NCBI GenBank assembly: GCA_031411295.1
Contig: JANOAV010000206.1
Location: 1 to 58,831 of the forward strand
Direction of reading: 5' to 3'
Length of the DNA: 58,831 bases
Source: Verrucomicrobiales bacterium
GTDB lineage: Bacteria > Verrucomicrobiota > Verrucomicrobiia > Verrucomicrobiales > V1-33
Below, in pieces: positions 21,047 to 30,544 of this stretch; the first letter of the stretch is position 1, and each line of letters opens with the position of its first letter. Under the pieces are notes generated by a model, which was given only the letters and a program-made list of their open reading frames with translations, was not told the origin of the DNA and did not search any database. Made by a program: the position numbers and the translations under genes.

Positions 21047-21075
21047 CTTTGCGTTCCTTGCGTTCTTTTGCGGCC
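21047..21075. repeat. Short 9-bp-periodic intergenic motif CTTTGCGTTCCTTGCGTTCTTTTGCGGCC
   Basis: Periodic TTGCGTTC units seen directly. Confidence 0.5.
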
Positions 21076-21216
21076 ATCACTCGGAAATAAATCTGTGAGG
21101 AGGTCGTTTCGGTTGGGGCTTGCCGGAAGCGGCATCCACGTATAGCAAAGGGGCATGCCGGAGCTGACCCCGGTAATCCGGTTGGCACCCACTTTCATTT
21201 CGCAACTTATTTCCTC

Positions 21217-22086
21217 ATGCAGCTTGACCTGACTTCCCAAGTTCGACTGCGCCTCACGGGCGCGGATCGGGTGCGTTATTTAAATGGCCAGGTCACGAAT
21301 GATATTCGGAAGATTTCGGGGGACCGGATACTGTGGGCGGGAGTGACGAATCATAAGGGAAAGCTGGAGGCGCTGGTGGCGATTCACGAGGGGCCGACGG
21401 AGGATATTTTGGTGGATGGACCGGAAGCGTTGCGGGATTTCCTGCCGCTGCGGCTGGAGAAGTATATCATCGCGGACGAGGTCGAACTTACTGACGTGAC
21501 GGAAACTACCTGCCAGTTTCATTGCTTGGGGAAATGCCCGGAACTACCACCCGGCTGTCGGAAAATTTCCGCCCAGCGCTTAGGGGAACCTGGTTGGGAT
21601 GTCTGGGGGCCGATGGAATTGCGGGAAACGCTAGCGTCACTCTCCCCCACCCTGCCAGCGGAATTAGCGGAGCAACTTCGGATCGAACGGGGGATTCCGG
21701 GCTGGGAAACAGAGCTGGCACGCGATATTTTACTACCGGAAGCGGGACTGGAGGCTTGGACGGTGGACTATCATAAGGGCTGCTATATTGGCCAAGAGGT
21801 GATTAGTCGGATGAAAAGCGCGGGCAAGGTAAATCGGAAGCTGGAGCGACTGATTGCGGTAGATGGAGCGAGGCCGGAAGCTGGCTGGCTGCTGTTTCCG
21901 CAGGAGGGGGCAGGCGATGGGGCAAAACCGTGCGGGGAGATCACCAGCAGCATTTACCATCCGAAACTCGAAAAAGTGGTTGCCCTCGGCTACGTCCGGC
22001 GCGAACACTTGGGGCACGGCGCAAGGTTCCTAACTGGGCCAGATGCCAACTCACTATTTGCTCGAATCGAAATTAGAAATCCTTGA
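21217..22086 (+). CDS. ygfZ: YgfZ/GcvT-like folate-binding Fe-S cluster repair protein
   Basis: G.DRVRYLNGQVTND and signature KGCYIGQE. Confidence 0.92.
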   Translation: MQLDLTSQVRLRLTGADRVRYLNGQVTNDIRKISGDRILWAGVTNHKGKLEALVAIHEGPTEDILVDGPEALRDFLPLRLEKYIIADEVELTDVTETTCQFHCLGKCPELPPGCRKISAQRLGEPGWDVWGPMELRETLASLSPTLPAELAEQLRIERGIPGWETELARDILLPEAGLEAWTVDYHKGCYIGQEVISRMKSAGKVNRKLERLIAVDGARPEAGWLLFPQEGAGDGAKPCGEITSSIYHPKLEKVVALGYVRREHLGHGARFLTGPDANSLFARIEIRNP

Positions 22087-22121
22087 CGGAACCCCTGTTT
22101 CCGTTTCAAACATACCGGACT

Positions 22122-22901
22122 ATGATGAAATACTGCCGCCTCCTTCCTTTGACCCTGGCTGCCTACGGGTGTGTTAGCTGTTCCACGATTAAGAACACGG
22201 TCAACAAAGTCAATCCGTTCAGCAAGGATGACACTCCCTCCGAAGTGGCTGGGGATGCGGCCGCTGCGAAACCTGAAGCGGATGTGCCTGCGGGCGCGAA
22301 CGACGTGGTAATCAGTGTTGTCGTCGGTGGCGCCAAGGAGCAAATCATCATTCACCTGCGCCCAGATTTGGCTCCCAAGCATGTGGCAAACTTCAAAAAA
22401 CTGGTGTCCAGCGGTTATTACGATGGTCTGGCCGTGCACCGTGCCATCCGCGGCTATCTGATTCAGACGGGCGATCCGTTGTCGAAGGATGATGGCAACA
22501 AAGTCAACTGGGGCACCGGCGGTCCGGACTACAAAATCCCCTCGGAGGCCAAAGGCAAACACGTGAAAGGCTCCGTAGCCGCAGCGCGCTTGGGCGATTC
22601 CCTGAACCCGGACAAGAGTTCCAGCGGAAGTCAGTTTTATGTTATGCTCCGTCCCGCCAAGTCATTGGATGGCGACTATACCGTGTTCGGTGAAGTGACG
22701 CGCGGTCTGGACATCGTGGAGAAAATTTCCGCGCAGACAGTGGACACGAACGACATGCCAGTGAAGCGCGTGGAAATCAAGAGCGTGCGACTGGTGTCCC
22801 CAGGCTCTCATGAGTTGGATGCGCCCAAGAAGAAGCATGGCAAGACAGTGCCAGAATCTGAAAAGGGCATGTTCACTCGCATGATCGAACGTATTTGGTA
22901 G
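22122..22901 (+). CDS. Cyclophilin-type peptidyl-prolyl isomerase (probable lipoprotein)
   Basis: APKHVANF, YDGL..HR, IQTGDP, SSGSQFY and LDGDYTVFGEV; Cys-containing signal. Confidence 0.93.
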   Translation: MMKYCRLLPLTLAAYGCVSCSTIKNTVNKVNPFSKDDTPSEVAGDAAAAKPEADVPAGANDVVISVVVGGAKEQIIIHLRPDLAPKHVANFKKLVSSGYYDGLAVHRAIRGYLIQTGDPLSKDDGNKVNWGTGGPDYKIPSEAKGKHVKGSVAAARLGDSLNPDKSSSGSQFYVMLRPAKSLDGDYTVFGEVTRGLDIVEKISAQTVDTNDMPVKRVEIKSVRLVSPGSHELDAPKKKHGKTVPESEKGMFTRMIERIW

Positions 22902-22936
22902 TCTGAGGCCCAATTATCAAATTCACTTTACGCAAC

Positions 22937-22970
22937 CGGCGGCCTCGCAAGGGCCGCCGTTTGCTGTTTT
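22937..22970 (+). terminator. Rho-independent terminator
   Basis: CGGCGGCC-TCGCAAG-GGCCGCCG followed by TTTGCTGTTTT. Confidence 0.75.
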
Positions 22971-23054
22971 AACGGACCACACTCCGATCCAGGTCAGGAT
23001 CTTTTGCTCAGTCCAGCGGGCTGAGCCACCCTCAACCCTTACAATTTAAAATCT

Positions 23055-24365
23055 ATGAATCTTCTCACCACAAAGCAAACCACCGGCCGCCAGCGGGTCC
23101 TTATTCTAGGCGGCGGATTCGGCGGACTGGAGGCGTGTCGCGCCTTGGATCATGATGATTATGAAATCACGCTGATTGATCGCCAGAACCACCATTTGTT
23201 CCAACCCTTGCTCTACCAAGTGGCCACCTGCGGGTTGTCGGCCCCGGAGATTGCCCAACCCCTGCGCATGATCCTGGCACAGCAGCGCAATGTGCGAATC
23301 CTCATGGCGGAAATTACCGGATTGGACTTGGCAGCCCGCAAAGTGCAACTGGCGGATCAGTCGTTGGAATATGACTACCTGATCATGGCCTTGGGCGCGC
23401 GGACGGGGTATTTTGGGCATCCCGAGTGGGAGCGATTTGCCCCGGGCTTAAAATCACTGGCCGATGCCACGCGGATCCGCCGCGATGTGCTCACGGCCTA
23501 CGAACGGGCCGAGGCCGCCACCGATCCAGCAGAGATCGAGGCGCTGCTAACCACGGTGGTCATCGGCGGCGGGCCCACTGGCGTGGAAATGGCGGGGGCT
23601 CTAGCAGAGTTGGCGCACCATGCACTGAAAGGCCAGTTCCGGAAGATCGATCCGCTGCAAGCGAAGTTTATTTTGGTGGATGCTTCGCCTCGGATTCTGG
23701 GAATGTTTCATGAGGATCTCTCGCAATATGCCACGGAGCATTTGTCGAAAATGGGCGTCAAGGTGCTGACCAACATGCCCGTGAGCGAAGTGGGCCCTGG
23801 TTATGTCGTCTGCGGTGGCGAGCGCATTAATGCCGCCAACATGATCTGGGCTGCGGGCGTAGAAGCTAGTCCGCTAACACAATCGCTGGGAGTTCAATTG
23901 GATCGGGCGGGGCGGATCGAGGTGGCTCCAGATTGCAGTCTGCCGGGACATCCAGAGGTCTTCGCCATCGGAGACATGGCCCTGCTGGTGGATAAAAACG
24001 GCGTGCGCGTGCCGGGAGTCTCGCCAGCGGCCATGCAGATGGGGAAACACGTGGCGGGCGTCATCGCAGAGGATTTACGTCGCGCCAGATTGGGGAAGCC
24101 ACTCTCAACGCAACTCAATCGCCCGGCTTTCGCCTACTGGGATAAGGGGAGCATGGCTACCATCGGGCGCAGTGCCGCCGTGGCCGAAGTGGGGAAAATC
24201 CGACTCCGCGGCTACCTGGCCTGGCTGGCCTGGCTCTTCGTGCATCTGCTATTCCTGGTGGGGCTGCGCAATAAAATTGCCGTCGTCGGCCAGTGGATCT
24301 ACGCCTATTTCACCTTCAAGCGGGGCGCGCGCATCATCATTCGGCCGGAAGGCGATAGCAGCTAG
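23055..24365 (+). CDS. ndh: Type II NADH dehydrogenase (NDH-2)
   Basis: GGGFGG, HLFQPLLYQVAT, GGGPTGVEMAG, WAAGV, FAIGD and YWDKGSMATIGR. Confidence 0.93.
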   Translation: MNLLTTKQTTGRQRVLILGGGFGGLEACRALDHDDYEITLIDRQNHHLFQPLLYQVATCGLSAPEIAQPLRMILAQQRNVRILMAEITGLDLAARKVQLADQSLEYDYLIMALGARTGYFGHPEWERFAPGLKSLADATRIRRDVLTAYERAEAATDPAEIEALLTTVVIGGGPTGVEMAGALAELAHHALKGQFRKIDPLQAKFILVDASPRILGMFHEDLSQYATEHLSKMGVKVLTNMPVSEVGPGYVVCGGERINAANMIWAAGVEASPLTQSLGVQLDRAGRIEVAPDCSLPGHPEVFAIGDMALLVDKNGVRVPGVSPAAMQMGKHVAGVIAEDLRRARLGKPLSTQLNRPAFAYWDKGSMATIGRSAAVAEVGKIRLRGYLAWLAWLFVHLLFLVGLRNKIAVVGQWIYAYFTFKRGARIIIRPEGDSS

Positions 24366-25435
24366 CCGATGGTCCACTGGGGCTGGTGGCACTCTTGGGC
24401 GATGACGTTGAACTCTGCGATTTCCGCCGCAGTGAACTGGAGGCCACCAGCGGCTTTGGTCTTGGCCGCAGCGCGTGCTTCAGGCTGGCCGGGAAGCATG
24501 CAGGATTCGTTGCCATGGCCCAGGATATCGTCGATCACGGCCTTGAGGTTGGAAGCTTGGTTGCGGCCACAGGCAAACGCGCCAGCGTTGATGGCATCGG
24601 GATGGATGACTTGGAAATAGAAACAGGGCGTCTTCTTTTCCTCGGCTGGAGCAGTCCGGCAGCGCAGGGTGGGCAGGCTGCCACCAATGAGGGCCGCCAC
24701 GAGTTCGTTAATCAGAGCCAGGCCGTATCCCTTGTGGGCACCGAAGGGCATCAGCGCCACCGCCGCGTTCGGATCGGTGGTCATTTGGCCGTTGCTGTCG
24801 ATCGCTGCGTTCGGAGGCAGGGTGCCGCCTTCGCGCTTCAGTTGCTGCACGCGGCCCATGGCCACCGTAGAAGTGGCCCAGTCCACGACGATGGGAAAAC
24901 CGATCGCTTCCGTGGTGGGGAAACCCCAACTGTGAGGGTTGGTGCCTAACGTGGGAAATTTACCGCCAAATGGCACCACTTCTGCCAGCGCAGCCGTGCA
25001 ATTCGTGTAGGCAACGTAGCCCCGCTGGGCGGCATCCATCACATAGCCACCGCCCCAGAGGTAATGGAAGGCGTTGTCCACACTAACCTGACCGATGCCA
25101 TATTCGTCGGCCATTTTGATGGCGGCTTCCATGGCGCGGAAGGCCGCACTTTGTCCGAGCTTGCGATTGGCATTCCAGATCTTGCTGGCCGCAAATTTCG
25201 TCGGCACTTCTTCGATCTGAGCACCGGGCACACAGCCACCAGCCTTGCTGCCGAAATGCTCGTCCAGATGGAGCGCCTTGAGTCCATTGTGGGTCCGAAT
25301 GCCATGAGTGGAGGCCAAATCGCAAAAGCGCGCGGCATCCTCGGCTTCATCCGCTGCGAATCCACGGTGGAGGTAGGCGGCAACGATCAGATCGTGGTGT
25401 GCTTGATGGGAAATGGTGTAAAATTGCTCAGACAT
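24362..25435 (-). CDS. Ldh_2-family (malate/L-lactate/sulfolactate-type) oxidoreductase
   Basis: HGIRTH, GTNP, D.ATS.VA.G and PFGAHKGYGL. Confidence 0.88.
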   Translation of the reverse strand: MSEQFYTISHQAHHDLIVAAYLHRGFAADEAEDAARFCDLASTHGIRTHNGLKALHLDEHFGSKAGGCVPGAQIEEVPTKFAASKIWNANRKLGQSAAFRAMEAAIKMADEYGIGQVSVDNAFHYLWGGGYVMDAAQRGYVAYTNCTAALAEVVPFGGKFPTLGTNPHSWGFPTTEAIGFPIVVDWATSTVAMGRVQQLKREGGTLPPNAAIDSNGQMTTDPNAAVALMPFGAHKGYGLALINELVAALIGGSLPTLRCRTAPAEEKKTPCFYFQVIHPDAINAGAFACGRNQASNLKAVIDDILGHGNESCMLPGQPEARAAAKTKAAGGLQFTAAEIAEFNVIAQECHQPQWTIG

Positions 25436-25506
25436 GGGCGTTGTTTAGCAAAGCCATGCCGCGTTGCAAGGGAAATGGACGTTGGCAATCCGCGTCGGGT
25501 GTGCCA

Positions 25507-26310
25507 CTATCGCTGAGCGACAGAAGCGGGCGCGAAGGCTTTGCGCCAATCCGTTTCCCCGGGAGGGCCTTCGAGACTCAGTCCTTCGAGGATGACTTCG
25601 TTGGCTAGAGGACCGAATTTGCCAGCACTAATCGCAATGGCAAAGCTGGCGCTGGGGGCACCGCTTTGGGGCCCATCGACCCATTTCCAGTTCGTGCCTT
25701 TGAGATGAATTCCTCTGATTTTCCAACCTGGCGCGAGGGGCGCAGGGGTGAGGTCGCGCTGCACAAACATATAGAAAGTATTCGCTATCGTTGGTATCGC
25801 CCAACCGGGTGGAGAACGAAATTGCCGCAGGGCCACGCCATCTATTTCAGAGGTAATGGTGTTCGGGTGTTGCTGCGCTATGGTGTGGATGCCGTTGCGC
25901 CAGCCACTGCCTCCAGCGGGGCTGAAATGATAACCCGCAGCGCGCGCTTGCACCACGGCCAAGGGGCCGGGAATCCTGAAGAGGTTGGCGCTGGGGGCCG
26001 GCTTTGGTTTTGCTGGTGCGGTGGGGTTCGCTGCGGCGTCCGGGGCGGCGGGATCGGCCTCATTCGGTGCTGCCGGGTCGGCGGTGGAGGCACCGTTGTT
26101 AGGGTCTGACTGATCACCCACAGCGACCCTGCCGGGGACTCTGGGCAGGAGGGAATCGGCCAGGGCTTCGCTGGCTTTGACGCGGGCCTCGGCGGCCTTC
26201 TCTTCTGCCGTGGCAGCCTTGGGTGGGGCTGCGGGGGCCCCATACCCAGCCAGGACCAGGAGCCAGGTGGCGACTGCGGCCGCTAAGCAACGCTGGCAGA
26301 ATGATTTCAT
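25507..26310 (-). CDS. Hypothetical secreted protein
   Basis: Signal peptide, Ala/Pro linker and globular C-region. Confidence 0.7.
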   Translation of the reverse strand: MKSFCQRCLAAAVATWLLVLAGYGAPAAPPKAATAEEKAAEARVKASEALADSLLPRVPGRVAVGDQSDPNNGASTADPAAPNEADPAAPDAAANPTAPAKPKPAPSANLFRIPGPLAVVQARAAGYHFSPAGGSGWRNGIHTIAQQHPNTITSEIDGVALRQFRSPPGWAIPTIANTFYMFVQRDLTPAPLAPGWKIRGIHLKGTNWKWVDGPQSGAPSASFAIAISAGKFGPLANEVILEGLSLEGPPGETDWRKAFAPASVAQR

Positions 26311-26330
26311 GAACGGCAGCTAAATATTAG

Positions 26331-28589
26331 TTAGGACTTACCGTTCCCGTTGCCATTCTGGGTGGGCCACTGGGGTATGAAGGGCGGGGGCAGCGGAGGC
26401 TGGCCACCTTGCTGGGCGGCGGATTGCGCCTGCTGGAGGGCTTGGAATTGAGCCAACTGTTGTGCCTGCATTTGCGCGAATTGCATCGCCTGCTGCTCGG
26501 CGGCACTAGGCGTGGGTGGTGTCGCGTTCGGGAGTGGATGGGTCCAGCCCTGTGGAGTCTTGGTAGGGTCCGGCACAAATTGATCACCTTGTTGGGCGAG
26601 GAACGTAAATGGCGCAGGCATCGGCGGCCCCTCGGGGGAGGTCTGGTGCAGCTCGGGAAGATTGGCAAAGGGAGAAGTCTGCCCCAGAGCCGATGGGGCG
26701 TGCGGCATCACCGCAAACGGAGATACCGCGGGGACCGTGGGAGCCGCTGGCAGCGGAGGAAGGTGCGGGGCGCCCGTGAACGCATGGGTCTGCAGGGTCT
26801 GAGCCTGCGATGCTGGGGCAGCAGCAGACATTGGCGGTGGCATGCTGGCCGCAGGTGACGTCAGCGGCGGAAAGGGCAGCACGTTGGGCGGCATGGGAAG
26901 GGACGCGGAGGACGCAACTGGAGCGGGACGCGGTGATTCCTCGGGGTTCATGACTAAACTGAAGGGCGACTGTGGGTGACCCGTGCGCCAGTCTGGAGCA
27001 GGTGCGGCTTCTGGCATGGAAGCTGGAGGGGCAGGCGCTGCCGGGCGCTGGCTTTGGGCAAAGGCGCGGGCCAAAACCGCATTCATTTCGGCAGCCTTAT
27101 CTGCCGCGGCAGCGGGCGGGAGGCCAGCCGCAGGCACTTGAGGCTTCTGCGGAGTCATGCCAGGCAGGCTAGGCAGTGTGATGGGCGTGGCGGCCGGACG
27201 CGGCGGCTGAACCGGCTGGGGCTGAGCTGGGGGCGCTGGCAGGGGTGCGAAAGTAGCCTCGGGTATAAGGGACGCGGCGGCCGGCGGGACCATGAAGGCG
27301 GGAGCAGCCACCGCTGGCGCGACCGGGGCGGGAGCAGCAGCGGGTTGCGGCCGCTCTGAAGCAGGAGCTGAGGTATCCAGCACTTTCTTGAGTTCACTCA
27401 ACATATTGGAGAACATTTCGTCCATGGAGAGACGGGTCTTCTCCATGAGCCTAGCGACCTGAGTCACGACCTGAGTCGGTGAGGGACCACTGGGGGATGG
27501 AGCCGAGCGCTTGACCTCGGGTGACGTCGGCGCAGACGCAACTGGCACGGCAGGGGGGGCAGGATAGGTGGCGGGATGGGACATAGTCGGTGGTAGGTTA
27601 TCCGTTGTGTGAGTTTGTGGCATCTGGGGCTGAACTGGCGGTGGGCCTTGGGAAACAATGGCAAAGGGCGACTGTTGCGGCATTTGCGACTGTTGCGGCA
27701 TTTGATTTGGTCGGGGCTGGACAGCAATTGGAGCGGCTGCGGGAGGAGACTGTGGTCTTGGTAACGGCGAGGGGGCCGCACTTGGTGCCGCATTCACAGG
27801 CGGACTCACCGCAGCGGGTTTAGGGAGAAATGGCGAGGCCTCGGGATGATGCGCCCAGGGGGTGCGCTCAGTTTGTCCCAAGGGAACGGCAGCCGCAGGC
27901 GGGGGGCCAGAAAATGGCGCAGGGGCAATGCTGAAGGGCGAAGGGACCGCAGGAGCAGGACCCGAGAATGGGGCATGAGGTGAAGGTGATGGCGGATTCA
28001 TGGGAGGGTTAGGCGGCTCGGTTGGTTGCGGTGCAAAGAGCGTATGGAATAAGTTTTGGGACTCGACCGTTCCGGTGGGCGCGCCCGTCGGCATCGGTTG
28101 GAAGACTGGCGGAGCTGGCTCGCTGGGGATTGGCTGGGCGGTTTCCCCCACCGTTTGCGTCATCCGCCGATTCCGACAAAACGTCTGACAGTGCATGCAG
28201 TGGAAGCCACGGCAGGTCAAGATTTCCCAGGCAACCTGACGACTGTAGCTGAGGGCCAAAAACTTCCGAGCGTTGGGATGTTTGCGATGCGTTTCCCCGC
28301 CTCCGAAGACTGGCCCTCCGCAGACCTGGCAACGCAGGCTGGAGGCCATTAAATAATACAGCAAAAACAAGATGACCACCACGCAGGCTCCTCCCATGAT
28401 CATCGGGGCGCTCAACGCCCAAGTCGCTTGGAGTGCTGCCAAATCGGAAACATGGTTTTTTCGCAAGTAGAGCAAGGGAATCACCACGAAAAAGGCGAGC
28501 AACCCCGCCCAGCTCAGGAAGGCCAGCAGGGCCGTCAAGGATAGCTGTAAGTCTCGCGACCGAGGCGCGCGCTTCGGGGTAGGTGTCAT
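26331..28589 (-). CDS. Membrane protein with two CxxC motifs and a long Pro/Ala-rich tail
   Basis: Two TM helices, CQVC and CMHC, then about 600 aa of low complexity. Confidence 0.75.
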   Translation of the reverse strand: MTPTPKRAPRSRDLQLSLTALLAFLSWAGLLAFFVVIPLLYLRKNHVSDLAALQATWALSAPMIMGGACVVVILFLLYYLMASSLRCQVCGGPVFGGGETHRKHPNARKFLALSYSRQVAWEILTCRGFHCMHCQTFCRNRRMTQTVGETAQPIPSEPAPPVFQPMPTGAPTGTVESQNLFHTLFAPQPTEPPNPPMNPPSPSPHAPFSGPAPAVPSPFSIAPAPFSGPPPAAAVPLGQTERTPWAHHPEASPFLPKPAAVSPPVNAAPSAAPSPLPRPQSPPAAAPIAVQPRPNQMPQQSQMPQQSPFAIVSQGPPPVQPQMPQTHTTDNLPPTMSHPATYPAPPAVPVASAPTSPEVKRSAPSPSGPSPTQVVTQVARLMEKTRLSMDEMFSNMLSELKKVLDTSAPASERPQPAAAPAPVAPAVAAPAFMVPPAAASLIPEATFAPLPAPPAQPQPVQPPRPAATPITLPSLPGMTPQKPQVPAAGLPPAAAADKAAEMNAVLARAFAQSQRPAAPAPPASMPEAAPAPDWRTGHPQSPFSLVMNPEESPRPAPVASSASLPMPPNVLPFPPLTSPAASMPPPMSAAAPASQAQTLQTHAFTGAPHLPPLPAAPTVPAVSPFAVMPHAPSALGQTSPFANLPELHQTSPEGPPMPAPFTFLAQQGDQFVPDPTKTPQGWTHPLPNATPPTPSAAEQQAMQFAQMQAQQLAQFQALQQAQSAAQQGGQPPLPPPFIPQWPTQNGNGNGKS

Positions 28590-28889
28590 GATAAAACTGG
28601 TGTTGAGTGTCCAAAATCTAAATGTGGAGGTGCGAGATCGATAATTACCATAAATTGAATTTCCATAATGAACAAGATATTTTTATAAATATTACACTTC
28701 CCGTAGGCTATTTCAAGAGGATTATTCGCACCCTTTAGTCGCAAGATTGGGTGATTTAGCGCGCATGTCGGGATTTGATGGGAATTTCTGAAACTTTGGG
28801 TGAATTAGCAACCGACGAACATTTCAGCGTGCAACGGAAGGGGATTTCCCTTACTATTTTGAAAATTGATTGGATCCCCCTAATCCACG

Positions 28890-30485
28890 ATGCTACTCCA
28901 CTCCCCCACCCTGGTCCATCCTCATCGACGCCTGCTCCACCTGCTGTTGGTTGGCATTGCGCTGAGCCCAGCGTGGCTGCGAGCGGATTGGGCGGATGCA
29001 GTGGGCTATACCGCGCTGAAAACGGAGCTGGGCGCGGCCTTGCCGACAGGCAATGTAGCGGTGACCCAAGTGGAGGCCGAGATCGGACCGACGGGATATG
29101 CGGCGGTGGGCGGATCCGGCACCGTGTTCGCGAATAATGCCACCTTCGTGAACAAGACGTTTGTGCTTAAATCTGGTCCGGCGGCGGTCTCCTTCCACGC
29201 TTATGAGGTGGGACAGCAAATTTACGGCACCGCGCCCGCCAGCCCCCGCTACGGCATGGCCCCCGGTGCCACTAACGTGGATGCCTACGAGGTCAATGAT
29301 TGGCTGGAGGTAGGTTTCTTGAATCTTTCTGGGGGCAATCCGCTCGGGGAGTCCAGCCAGGTGCAGAATCACTCTTGGATCTACCTTCCGACGCTGTCCT
29401 CCGAAGAACCTGACATGATCGAAATCTTGCGCAGATTCGACAACAGCATCACCAACAGCAATTATGTGGCCTGCGTCGGCATGGCCAACGACGGGAGCAG
29501 CACGGTGCCAGTGCTCATGGCCACCGCCGCCAATGTCCTCTCCGTCGGCTTGACCAGCGGGGGCCACAGCCGCGGCCTGACGGCTAGTCCCTACGACATC
29601 CCGGGCCGCACCAAGCCGGAAATCGTCGCTCCCTCAGACTTTACCAGCTTCGGAACCGGCATGGTCAGTGGTGCCGCCGCCCTGCTGCGCTCCGCTGCCA
29701 CCACCAACAATGCTCGGCGGAACGAAACGCTGCGCGCCATTTTGTTGGCAGGTGCCACCAAAGCGGAATTCCCCAACTGGAGCCGCACCATCAGCCGCCC
29801 ATTGGATCCCGCCTATGGAGCTGGGGAGCTAAACGTGGCCCACAGTTACCACATCCTCACTGCGGGAGAGCAAACCGCCAGTAGCACCATCCCAGTCGCA
29901 CTCACCGGTTGGGAGCTGCGTAACTTAGCTGCGGGCACCAACTACGATTACCTTCTGGAAATTCCCTCTTCACTCCAAGGAGCCTCACTCTCCGTCGTCG
30001 TCGTCTGGAATCGCTCCATTTCGAGAGACTCCTTCCAAGACACCTGGACAGCTGATCCGTTGCCGAACCTCGGCCTAACCCTCTACCAGGGAACCGCCAC
30101 TTCCGGCCCCCCGCTGGATACCAGCGACAGTGCGGTGGATAACTTGGAACACATCTGGCAGCCCGCGCTCAAAGCAGGCACCTATCGGATGCGGCTCAGC
30201 GGAGATCTCGCAGTGGAGGCGGCCATCGCGTGGCGGGTCACGGCCGCGCCCTTCCCTCCCACGATGGTTAGCGGTGGCTTGGACCCCAATCAAACGATCA
30301 CCTTCCAACTCCGCTATCTTGTCCCCAGCCAACTCTATGAAATTCAGTCCACCGCAGATCTGAGCGCCTGGCAAACCGAGCAAACCTTCACCGCATCGGC
30401 CCTGACACAATCCTGGATCTCGCCTGTCCTAATTGGTCCCAAGCGCTTCTTCCGCCTCAAATGGGTCTGTCCGGCAGTTCCCTGA
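28890..30485 (+). CDS. Secreted subtilase-like (S8) serine peptidase
   Basis: KPEIVAP, TSFGTGMVSGAAALL and YGAGELN; signal peptide. Confidence 0.8.
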   Translation: MLLHSPTLVHPHRRLLHLLLVGIALSPAWLRADWADAVGYTALKTELGAALPTGNVAVTQVEAEIGPTGYAAVGGSGTVFANNATFVNKTFVLKSGPAAVSFHAYEVGQQIYGTAPASPRYGMAPGATNVDAYEVNDWLEVGFLNLSGGNPLGESSQVQNHSWIYLPTLSSEEPDMIEILRRFDNSITNSNYVACVGMANDGSSTVPVLMATAANVLSVGLTSGGHSRGLTASPYDIPGRTKPEIVAPSDFTSFGTGMVSGAAALLRSAATTNNARRNETLRAILLAGATKAEFPNWSRTISRPLDPAYGAGELNVAHSYHILTAGEQTASSTIPVALTGWELRNLAAGTNYDYLLEIPSSLQGASLSVVVVWNRSISRDSFQDTWTADPLPNLGLTLYQGTATSGPPLDTSDSAVDNLEHIWQPALKAGTYRMRLSGDLAVEAAIAWRVTAAPFPPTMVSGGLDPNQTITFQLRYLVPSQLYEIQSTADLSAWQTEQTFTASALTQSWISPVLIGPKRFFRLKWVCPAVP

Positions 30486-30544
30486 GTCGGCATGATTCTG
30501 AGTTGCCGAAGCGATGGAATCGTTGTTGATGTAGGCAACCCCTT

